In this document: piece by piece, positions 36,601 to 48,600 of the stretch
How the letters are laid out: each line of letters begins with the position of its first letter
How positions within the stretch are numbered: position 1 is the stretch's first letter
Assembly: GCF_006345805.1 (NCBI RefSeq)
Contig: NC_043008.1
Coordinates: 33,604,001-33,668,000, forward strand
DNA: 64,000 nt
From: Octopus sinensis
Taxonomy: Eukaryota
Direction of reading: 5' to 3'
The notes under the pieces: model-generated
The model's input: only the letters and a program-made list of their open reading frames with translations
What the model was told of the DNA's origin: nothing
The model's database searches: none
Position numbers and translations under genes: made by a program

Positions 36601-39600
36601 CTGAGCAGGGTTGTCCTCGAGCTAAACAGTAATGCACAAGCCTTTCAAATATATCTACATGTTGAATTACCTATGCTAGTGTTTTTTATAACATTTTATA
36701 ATTATCAGCTTTTGATTTTTTTTTTTCTTTTAGTGCTATTGTCATGTTCCAACCACCCAGGCTACACAGCAAATTTGAAGAAAGCAAAATAAAATATTCA
36801 GGTGATCTCTCAACCACTTCAATAAAAGAGTGGGTAAAAGAAACCAGGTATGTCTCTTATAAAATTCTTGTATTTCTTTCCTACCTGTATAAAATGTAAA
36901 TATCTGAAGCCTTAAAGCTGAATGACAATTTAGAAGCAATAATATGCAAACTTAGATTAGTTTAAGAAATGATTTTTATGGAGTCATAAAATTTTTAATA
37001 AGTGATCCACTTAAACAATATGCTAATCTCTACTAATCTGTCAATATTGCCTTTAAATAGTAGAGTACATTTACAATGTTAGTTTATAACATGTCTGGGA
37101 ACCATCTCACTTAGCTAAATGACAAAATGAGATGAATCTGCAGCATTCTGAGCCAGAAAGGTTTGCCAGAATTGAGAAGTTATCTTGATCTACTTAGTGT
37201 CACAGAGAAAGTTACAATGGTTACCTGATTATTAAATGCTCAAAAATATTCAGTTTCATGGTAGAAGACCCTGGCCTTGTGGATGTCCAAAGAAAGGGTT
37301 GACAAATAACATCCTCATACAGCCCACATTAATTTTGCTGTCCCCCTACATGGCTCATATAAGTTCTATGTTGGAGTACTATTTTGTTCATGTATCTGGT
37401 ATGGTAAAATTGCTTTTCAGAAGCATTGTAAAATACAGCATATATGTGAATGTCATCAGCAATTAATAAAAATGTTTCTAGATGTAATTAGCTGACAAAG
37501 TTCTTTTTTTTTTCCATGTTCCATCTGCTGCTATTACAAACGCTTCTATACCCATGTTAAATTGCCTACCCCCTGTAGTCATTCTACACAAAACATTTCT
37601 CATTGTCTCATCATACCTACTGCATCTCACCCCTCAAACTCTGTAGAAAGCATTTAAACATTTATTCTTCAAGTTGTAACAGAAATTTCCTCTATTTTCC
37701 TTTTTTCTTGTTGGTATCAAAACAGCATTAGTCATCAACTGCATTGTATCCAGCTGTTTGGAAGAGGCTGCAATGTTTGTGGAAATTTCATCTACTCTTT
37801 TGATTGGCTAATAATTATAGCAATATTGTTTTCAATGCGATTGTGTAAGTAATTGTAATTATTGGATAATGATATAACTTGATGCTTTATAGTTTAAGAT
37901 CTGGTACACTCTCAATGTGAAGAAAGTGGATATTATTGTATTATTTAGTTCTTTAGATGAGCACAGTTGAAGCATAATGGGTGATAGCAGCTAATAGATA
38001 GTGTGTGTATATAAGTGTGTGTGTGTGCATATATATATGTATATATACAGAGAGAATTACAGATCACAAAAGCATCAATAACATTAACATCAAATGCATA
38101 CCCAGTGTAAATTTGAATTTGTTTTCTTGTTTCCTTTATTCCAGCATTGGCTTGTGTGGTCATAGAGTCCAAGACAATGTCAATGATTTTAAAAAGCCTT
38201 TGGTTGTTGCATTTTACGCTGTTGACTACGTAAAAAATTCTAAAGGTACTAACTATTGGAGAAACAGGTAAATATGTATTTTTTTTCTTGTAATGTTATT
38301 TTTTCTCTTTATAGTTATAACACTTGTCAGTATATTAAACTTGATGAATAATCTACTATGAATTTCCAGTTTTGTATTGAAACTTGCATAACCAAAAAGT
38401 CAAGTGTAACAAATCTTATTTTCAGAGATTGAAGACTAAAATTCATTATATCTAGCTTGACTTTTCAGCTTAATGCATTGTTAGTGATGAAGTTTATGTA
38501 TTTAGGATAAAGAAACAACCTTTCTGATAATAAATACTGGTTTTCAGCAGTAATGTACTACTTAATCTTGTGGAATTGTTTGAGTGTAGAAAAATAGGTG
38601 TTGGCGTCTGAAATTTGAACTATGATGAACATATACGATTGCAGATGTATGCTCTAAAGTATAACCATAGCACTGTCAAAAACAAGAACTTTTGTTGATA
38701 GCATTTTATTAGTGGTTCTTTCATTACAATGTTGGCAAGTTTGAAAACAGTGCTTGGCTGATGAGGCCAGAATAAGATGTATAGAATTGTCTCCTATATT
38801 TACCAAGAGAAAATATTAATCGTTGACTGTTTTCCAAATGCACCATTCTTTTAAGCTGTTTAATGATGCCTATGTCATACATATAGGTATATTATACATT
38901 TGTATAATATGATACCTATACATATATTATACAAAAAGGCAGTTAGCTGGCAGAAACGTTAGCATGATGAGCGAAATGCTTAGCGGTATTTCGTCTGTCT
39001 TTATGTTCTGAGTTCAAATTCCGCCGAGGTTGACTTTGCCTTTCATTCTTTCGGGGTCGATAAATTAAGTATCAGTTGCTTACTGGGGTCGATCTAATCG
39101 ACTGGCCTTCTTCCCCAAAATATCGGGCCTTGTGCGTAGAATAGAAAAATATTATACATATATTCATTATCTCCCTTGAATTTGACATGAAATGATCATA
39201 CAAAAGTTGTTTCCTTTTGTTTTCCTAAGGCTAAACACTAATTGTTGGCAAAGACTTTACTATCTTATTTTTGTTCACCCCAAAATCTCGTAATTTTTAT
39301 CATGGTTTTTCACAAGGTGGTGGTATGTGTTAGGGATTGAGGCGTGACAGATCTCTGCTCGTAAGTTTTTAGGATACCAATTTTGTTGTGGTGGATAGGT
39401 CTTAATCACAGAAAGGTGCTTGATATCTTGGTCCTTTGTCTTCTCCATAAGGCTCAGCATCTGGAGATTGGCTTTCAGTAGCTCATCCCATATCTTCCTG
39501 GGTTCCCCTCTTCCACAAGTTCCATCCACTTTAAGTGATAGGCATTTTATGCAACTGTTTTTGTCTATATCACATAGCCTAACTAGCAGTCCTCTCTTGC

Positions 39601-42600
39601 ATACATGTATTTATATTTCTTTGTGTGTGTGGTGTGTATATATATATATATATATATATATGTGGTTTTGCAGATAGAGGCAATTTTTTCGATGCATATA
39701 ACTGGTTATAAACAGTAAAATAATGGTAGTAGACATAATATTAATGTAACATTTATTGCAACAAAGACATTTGTCACTCAATATGGCCACTCTTTTGGGC
39801 AATTATTGCCTCCACATGGGAACAAAATATTTTTGCAGCTGCTATAACCTCTGCCTTTCTGATTTTGCATGTTACATTAGTCCTTGCTTGAAGTATGCCC
39901 CATAAAAAGGAATTAAGGTTGAGATCTGATCTATTACTGAGCCAAATGTTGGCTCTCACAAAAAATGGCTCCTCACCAAAGAATGTCTGTGTTGCTTTTG
40001 ACCCATTGTATAGTGCAGAATCCTGGATAAGCACCAACCCTAAACTGCTCCATCCAAGGTAACAGTTCTTCAGGATGTCCAGATACTCCTTTGTGCTGAT
40101 TTTCAAGCCACACAATGAAGTGTGGATCCCATGACACTTCCATTACTTGCCACAACTTCAAATACCATCACATAGCTGGGATTCTTAGTCTCAAACACTG
40201 GGGGTGGGGGGTGCCAGCCAGGAGGTTTCTACGCAATCACTCGAGAATTTGTGATGCACTTTGACATCTACAGTGAAATTCTTGTCCGCAAACACGAGAG
40301 TCTTTCCTGCACCTTGATGCTTGATGGATGCTTTGAACATCTCTCAGCTCTGGTTGCTTTGGCCTCACATCATTGAAGATAGCTAGTCATGCCAAGGTTC
40401 CTGTTAACAGCTCTGGACACTAGAAAGGGACACATTGCATTTCTTTGCATGGGTTGTCATGCATGTGGATGGGTTGGCTTCAATTGAGTGTTTTGAGGCC
40501 AGTGAGAAACTTTGGATTATGCTTGGAATCACTTTGAGTCTTGTTCTTTTCTATCAATCTTACCCTCTTCTTTAAATTGTTTACACACACAATAAACTGT
40601 TACTGTTTTGTCAAGTTTTATTGGTAGTGTGCATGGCAGAACGATTTTGTTGTTCCATGACTTTCTGATGTTGAATCAGTTTGCTATTTACCTGGAAAAT
40701 AGATTTATTTCGAGCAAGTCAAGGTTTTGTCAAAAAATGAAATATCGAACCCACTAGTCAACTGCTTAAAGTTGGCCTCAATTTATCTGTAAGACCCTGT
40801 TTGTATATGCTCATACAGTTATATGTGTATAGAAAAATAAAAGAAATTAAACCATGTAAATATTCTATATGTTGGTTACATCTGTTTCTCATTTTCACAG
40901 TTCTTTATTTATGGTAGAAATGATGACTTCAAAGCTGGTCTCTTTTTTAAAAAACATATGGTGGAAGCTTTTGACATATTCTAATTTAGTATAAACTGCT
41001 TTAAGTCAATCATCTTAACATTATATTGTAAAAATTTTACTATTCTTTATTCTTCTCTGCTTTCAATTGTTAATAATAATGTTTATTTTTAATTTATAGG
41101 GTTATGAAAGTAGCCAAGAAGTTTAAAGAAGCAGGAAAAGATGTAACTTTTGCTATTAGTAACCGGTTTGACTTCTCCTATGAAGTTAGTGAATTTGGTG
41201 CAGGTGAACTCCCATCAGAAAAACCCATTGTTACTCTCCGAGATTCTAAAGACAGGAAATTTGTTATGAAAGAAGAATTCAGGTATGGCACTAGAATTTG
41301 TGTAAAATTTAAAAATTCAGCAATGCTAGTTAATCTTAAAATTTATTGAAGCGTGTCTCATGCAAGCTTCCTCAATTATGATACAGTGAAATTTATAAAT
41401 GTCAAGTGTGTAAATACTATCAAATTTTTGTGTATGTTAAATTAGTTTGCAACTTTTGATATTAATCAATTTTTGCATTATTACATTTATAGGCACAGGT
41501 GTGGCTGTGTGGTAAGAAACCACATGGTTCCTGGTTCAGCCCCACTTTGTGACACCTAGGGCAAGTATCTTCTATAGCCTCAGGTTGGCCAAAGTCTTTG
41601 TGAGTGGGTTTAGTAGATGGAAACTGAAAGCAGCCTGTCTTGTGTACACACACACACACACGCATATACTTACAGGGTAAATAAACTGTTGTCTAGATTA
41701 TGCAAAAATGAAAAGAACACTGACATCTCATTTTAACAGATATAGTTACCAAAATTACATAAAAATATCTTGAAATACTAAAGAGTAAATTTATTCAATA
41801 AAATTGCTATTGGCTTCAACCATAGCCTCCAGACGACTTTGGAATATCCTGCAACTCTTCTGGACAGTCTCTTTGTTTTTGGTGAATGCTGCCATAATCC
41901 TTGCTTTCAGTTCATCTTTGGTGTTAAAAGGAGTTTTGTTGGTCTCTTGCTGAACTGTGCCCCACACATAATAAAGGAGGCTGCAGTCTGGGGAGTTAGG
42001 TGGGCAGGTGTGATGTGGTTGCAGAAATTGTCTGACAGCCATGAGTGGGTTCTCCTGCTTGTACGGTATGGTGCCGAGTCCCGTTGTCAGACATAGTCTT
42101 CCAGCAGCCACCCTCTTGACTCAGGGCAGCCCTACCTCCACCAGGCACTTGATGTAGGCCTCCGTGTTGAGTCTGAGGCATGATGTTGGCATCAATAGTG
42201 ATCACTCTTTCTCTCACACGGTGCCCAACTGACCCTATTTTACTGTAGTTGATAAAATCGAAAACAATGTGCATGGGTGAAATTAAAAATATAAAATGGT
42301 ACCAATTTACCCATCGTACCTTATATTTTTGTGAATTAAGGCTACCATTGGTTTTATATTAAAAAATAGCAAAGTATCCTAGTGTCATAAGAATTTTTTA
42401 AGCCAATCGCATGAAGGAAAGGTGTTTACCTCCATTTTGTAAACCACTCGTATGATGGGCAACTTGTTCAAGAAAAGATATACACAACACCTGGTGTGAT
42501 TCAGAGACATAAATTAAAAAAACCTGCAACATCCCTGTCAAATATGATATAAATGTTGAAAGAAAGTGGAATAAGCAATTTCCAGATAAAATGGAACATT

Positions 42601-45600
42601 AAGCCAAAAAAATACAGGGTTTTACTGAAAAACTAAACATACAATCAACAGATAACATCCTAAGCATTGGGGATGAAATCTCTCCCTACATACACAAGCA
42701 ATATTTTACACTCAAATATTCCAAAGAAGAATCCCCATCTGTGACATTAATCTTATTGGGATAGCCCCTTTCCTGAACACAAAATTGTCACAATGAAGAA
42801 CTATCTCAGCACACAAGTATAAGAACGCCACACCCAAAACAAAGAAATAAAATAATGCAAGTGGCTGTGTGGCTTGCTTCCAAGCACATGGTTCTGTGTT
42901 CAGTTCAACTGCGTGGCACTTTGGGCAAGTGTCTTCTACTACATAGCCTCAGGCCGACCAAAGCCTTGTGAGTGGATTTGGTAGACGGAAACTGAAAGAA
43001 GCCCGTCAAATATATGTGTGTGTATGTTTGTTCGTCCCCCCCCGCACCCCACCGCTTGACAACCGACGTTGGTATGTTTATGTCCCACGTAACTTAGCGG
43101 TTCGGCATAGAGCGATAGTATAAGTACTAGGCTTACAAAGAATGTCCTGGGGTCGATTTGTTCGACTAAAGGCAGCGCTCCAGCATGGCCGCAGTCGTGT
43201 AACTGAAAGAAGAGTAAAAGTAAATTGATCGCACAAGTTTGTCCAAATGACAAATCTAAGGGAGGCAATCATTCAAAAGATGCAACCAGGGAGTAACGCC
43301 CCTTGATTCATTGTTTTATTCACGTGCATCTCCGCGAACTAAAGAGTCTGTATTTTCCAAAATGGAGGTGAACACCTTTCCCCCATGTGATCGGCTTGAA
43401 AAATTAAGATACTAGGATATTTTCCTATTTAACATAAAACCAATGGTAGCCTTAATTAACAAATAAAGAAATTAAAGTATATTCACCAATTTAGTGCTGA
43501 GTACTCATTTTCTATGTGCAGGGAACCTAAGTCCTATTTTAATTTTTCTTTTAAAACAGTAGGATGTGATTTGAAGAAAATTTGGCTGCTATTTCTCAGA
43601 GTTTAGGTGTCTACATGGTCTTGTTGGCTCATAGGACCAGAAGTGGCTTTGTTGGTATCAAAAAGGTTAAATTGATCACACGTGTTCCTTGAGCAGCACA
43701 TTTTTCCCATTCATATATTCATAATCACTTGATAGCTTCCTTTCATGAAAGTGCCTGACCATATATCTCTTTTCTCTGAAGGTTTTTTTAAAAAAATATT
43801 TCAACATAATTAGTAACAAGTCTCAGGGCTTAGTTTTAATGTTACCTGTGACTAATTATTAGACACAAATCAATGAAAGCCTCTGTTGTCACACTTGACA
43901 TACAAGGATGAGCAGCCTCTTTTCCCTCAGGTCCCACCCACCTTTTTAAAATGGATAATGTAATTTAGATATATTCTAGATGCACAAAAGATGACTTAGA
44001 TGGAACACCTTTGATCTTTTGATTCTTCTACTTGATTTGGAATTATCTGGGTGTTAAATATTTATTACCTCATCTACTACATGTTTCCACCATCTTCATG
44101 TGCACTAACTTCAAACATTTGATGTTTTTCCTACCAATTTTATATTTTCAGTATGGATAACTTAGAAAGTTTTGTAAATGATTTCCTTGATGATAAATTG
44201 CAGCCATATCTAAAATCTGAGAGTGTACCATCTGATAATAGTGCACCAGTTAAGGTAACATTATTTTGCTTTTTAAGCTTCTCATTAACTTTTTAATTTT
44301 TCATGATACTTCAGCTGTAGCAATATGCTAATGTTATTTACATATTTATTGTATATGTATAATTTTATTCATTAAGAATGTAACCATATTTATTGTAACT
44401 TTCTAAGTGAGCAATATTGCCAGTAGTAAGATCTGGAGGATTTATGAAATGGCTCTTGTTAGCTTTCAGTATTTATATTTGCATTTGAGGATCTTGACTT
44501 GAAGTTGTCACTGATGTTGGATTAAATATTTATTTTCCTAGGTTGTTGTAGCTAAAAATTTTGATGAAATTGTTAATGATAAAAGTAAAGATGTACTCAT
44601 CGAATATTATGCCCCATGGTGTGGTCACTGCAAAAGTCTCGAACCTAAATATACGGAACTGGCAGAACTTGTAAGTAAATGATTTTGAGCATTAATTTTT
44701 CTGAGTTGGTAAAATTTTATAACTTACAAACTTGTCTGTTTCAGCCTATTTTTGTTTGTTTTATGCTATATCTAAGTTAGGCATATACAGCCTTACTGTG
44801 GGCATTCATAAGTCAAAATTCACTATCTGGTTTTGTGACATTTTTATTTTCTATGGTCTCAAGTTAATCTAGTATAATAAATGCATAAACTAATTTGTGT
44901 GTCAGTGTGTCACACTTCAACCCCCTCTCTCACTATTCGTTGACACTTCTACTATTGCTCATGCTGGGGTGAGAGCGATAGTAGGCATAGACAGTGAGGG
45001 TAGTGGCAAAGAGAGAGAGAGAGAGAGAGAGACAAAGAAATTTAGGGAGAGTTATTAAAAGTAGTGTTCATGGTGGCGGTGGGAGTAATGAAAGAGGGAC
45101 TGAACACTGAACCAACATACTGAACACAGTTCTTTTACACACACATTTAGCCTTTTTGAGATGGTAATGGGGTGATAGTAATAACATGAGCTGTAGTTGT
45201 GATAGAGGTGGTGGTCAGGGATGGCTGAGAGTAACTGATGTGAAAGACAGTTGTGATGATGATGGTGGAGGGGAAGGTGGTGAAGTCAGGTATTGATGGT
45301 GGTAGCGTCAGAAGTCAGAATGGTGTGTGTGTGTATGGCAGATGTGGTGGTGGTACTGTTTATCATGCAACCAAGTCGACAAATTATATTATTGTTTTGA
45401 TGAATATTGTTCATTGTTTGAAAAATATTGTTCAAGTTTAATAAAATTTAATATGTACTCAATGTATGAAGTGTCATTGTTGGGCACAAGGCCTAATGAA
45501 GAGCCCTCCACAGGAGCTATCTTAAAAGCCATCTGTTAGGGCAGCTTTTAAGCTAGGTCCTGTGGAGGGCTCTTCATTAGTATAAGCTGGCCTTCAACTT

Positions 45601-48600
45601 TTGGACTCCTATATACTAAGTAACTTTCTGTAACTTTGGGATATATACACCACTACAAGCACATTCAGAATATAGATCATTCAAGAAAGGAAATGTTAAG
45701 CTAAATACATTCTGTAACTTTTACATGCAGACAGCTGATATGAGACTGGGAACATTAGTTTATACACTGGTATACTCAAGTATATAATATGCAGTTGAAA
45801 AATGGTTGTTTTTCAAAATACTGTTGACTTCATTGCTAATGATCTTTTGATGATAGTAATTTTTATAGCATTTCACTGCTAAATTATGCATGTTTATATA
45901 CATTCCTGTGTGTTTAAAAAGCTTGCTTCCCAACCATGTGGTGTTTGGTTCAGTTTTACTGTGTAACACGTTAGGCAAGTGACTTCTATGGCTCTAGGCC
46001 AACCATAGCCTTGTGAGTGGATTTGGTTGATGGAAACACAAAAAAAGCCCATCACATATGCATGAATCCTCATCAGTCCTTATTTTTGACATGTCTTGGC
46101 TGTGAACAAGCATCACTGCCATACATATGTTTTTAATTTCCAACAAAATACATGTTGAGCTATTGGGAAATATTACTTTGTTTGGAAAGAGGTGAGGGTT
46201 GGCAACATGGAAGGCTATATAGCTGTAGAAAATCTGAAAAGCATTAAAATCTGAAAAGCATAAAAGCATTAAAATGATGGATTGTATAAAAGAAATAATT
46301 TTGAGTTGCACATGTTTGGTATATGGTTTAAGTTGAAATGTTATCAACAAGCATATCATATACTCCTAATAGTCATTTAAAGCACACCCAAACAGTTAAT
46401 ATTCACTGTTGTTTGGTTTTATTATGCCTTATTGAATTGTATAGTTGCAGTCATTAGAGTATCAGAATACCTTGCGTTTGTCTTGGCTACCTGAGGTCAA
46501 CTTTGCACTTCATCATTTTCTGGTTATTGTATCAGTCTGCTTCTGGTAGTGATTCTTTTTATTCCTCTTTGAGAATTGGCTACATTACACTGTGTGAAGG
46601 GTTCTGGGGAACCACTTGCAGCAACCCTTCCTTCAGAGATGGAGAAGGGTTGAGGGTCTTGCAACCTCTGTTCATAGAAAAAATATAGTACTGAAACCAT
46701 CCTGAGATGACTTGATGTGCAGTACATCATGAAAGGAAAATTATGTGTTAGATCTTTCATCATATGTCTAGAATGTGTTATTGTTTCATTGTATCAGTGA
46801 CTGAGGTTGTTATGTTGATAATTTGTATACAGATTTTTGAGCTCTAAAGTAGACCATTCTGAGTTCTCTTTTATTATTCATATATAATTTCAACTTTAAT
46901 TTTCTGAATTATTTAGTTGGCAGATGAATCTGAAATAACCATTGCAAAAATGGATGCCACTGCTAATGATGTTTCCAAACCATATGAAGTTTCTGGGTAA
47001 GTCAACTAGGAGAAAAATACATTTGAATTTTGTTTTTACTTTTCAATCTTACTTAACTCCTTCGCTTTTATATTTATAATCAAAATATTTGCTTGTCTGT
47101 TGCAGTTTTAAAATTATCAATTTAAATCAATTTTGTTTAATTAAAACCTAAGTGGTGTTTTGAACAAAACTTAATTGGTCCTCACTTAAATATAATGTGG
47201 AATATTTTTGCCACGAAACTATTCTGTTTGCAGGTAAAAAAAATTTTGTTTAAATGTCAGAAATGAAGTTTTTAGCCAATATTTAGCTGGGATAAACAAG
47301 TTTGTAGCATAGGACTTGAAGAAGAATTGAGCATATTAGATTTGAGCTTGAATACATATAAACAGGTAATGGGGAATATAGTATGATGTACTGTAAGTAA
47401 ACCCTGAAACATGAAATTCACATACATAAATACATCATCCCATCCATAGTGAGTTACTAATATAAAATAAAATTTGTTACTTATCAGGTAAATTCAGATA
47501 ATTTTAAAAAATAAGTGTGGTAAATTTGAAAATATAACATTTTGTAAATTTTAGCTATATAGTTTAAGGTGTTTTTATTTGGCAAAAACTACCATAATAT
47601 TGTCCAGAGGTGCTGAAGCATAGCCTTTGTACGTTGGGCCTTGGTGCAGCCTCTGGCTTGCCAGCCCACAGTCAAACATCCAACCCATGCCAGCATGGAA
47701 AACGGACGTTAAACAATGATATTTTACCAAGTGATCAGTTTTTGTGGTAATGTGGAACATTTGAATTGGAATAAACAAAAGTAGATAATGGATTTTAAAT
47801 TGTGCAGATGATTGATTGAATATGGTCTGCTTTGAAAATTTGTTGCATTAAGAAATCTGTAGCTTACATAAGGAAAAACAGATGTGGCAAAAAAAAAAAA
47901 ACTCAATTCTTAGTACACTAAATTTAACCTGCAAAACAAATTGTTAAAATTTTGATTTAATACAAATATAAAGGAGTGTTTTGTGGCATATTTGTAAAAT
48001 ATAGCTATGATCAGTTTTGGGTATTTTAGTGATAAAAGGATTAAATCTTGTTCCATTGTCTTGGATTTCAATATTGGTTTCAAATGACACAAGATAAATT
48101 GTAAATTATATCTCTATTAATTCTTTCCTGGCTACACCTAATGAAACAGTTTCAATTTTGTCAGTGAAAATATGTGGGGGATTTAGTAAAATGACTCCAT
48201 TATTTAGTTTATAAAAGGTTATTACATAATCTTAGCTTAAATTTAAATATGAAAGGTTTTAACAACTAGGGGCATGTAGATTAGTATCAAAAGTATTGAT
48301 ATATATTTACTGTAAAGTATGTGTAAAATGTGCTTTATTTTTTTCTTGTAGATTTCCAACTATTTACTTTGCTCCAAAAGATTCAAAGGATGCTCCTCTA
48401 AAATACAATGTAAGTGTATGAAATTTCTTTGATTGGATCTAGGTGATAACCCTTGCATGGGATATTATTATATTGCACATTGTTTATTTTTAATTTGATT
48501 TTTAAGTAAACCCCCATTTTTTTTTTTGTAACCTGCCCCTGTAATGTTCTTTATTCATTGTTTTTTTTATAGTAATACTTCAAAATATCTTGTATTTTAC

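Noticed and set aside
38484-38612. GTGATGA ... CTGA pair in intron 7 as a snoRNA
   Set aside because: No terminal stem and no C' box.
41104-41349. 81-aa ORF from the track
   Set aside because: This is PDIA3 exon 8 read through into intron 8; likewise 38005-38271 is exon 7 plus intron.
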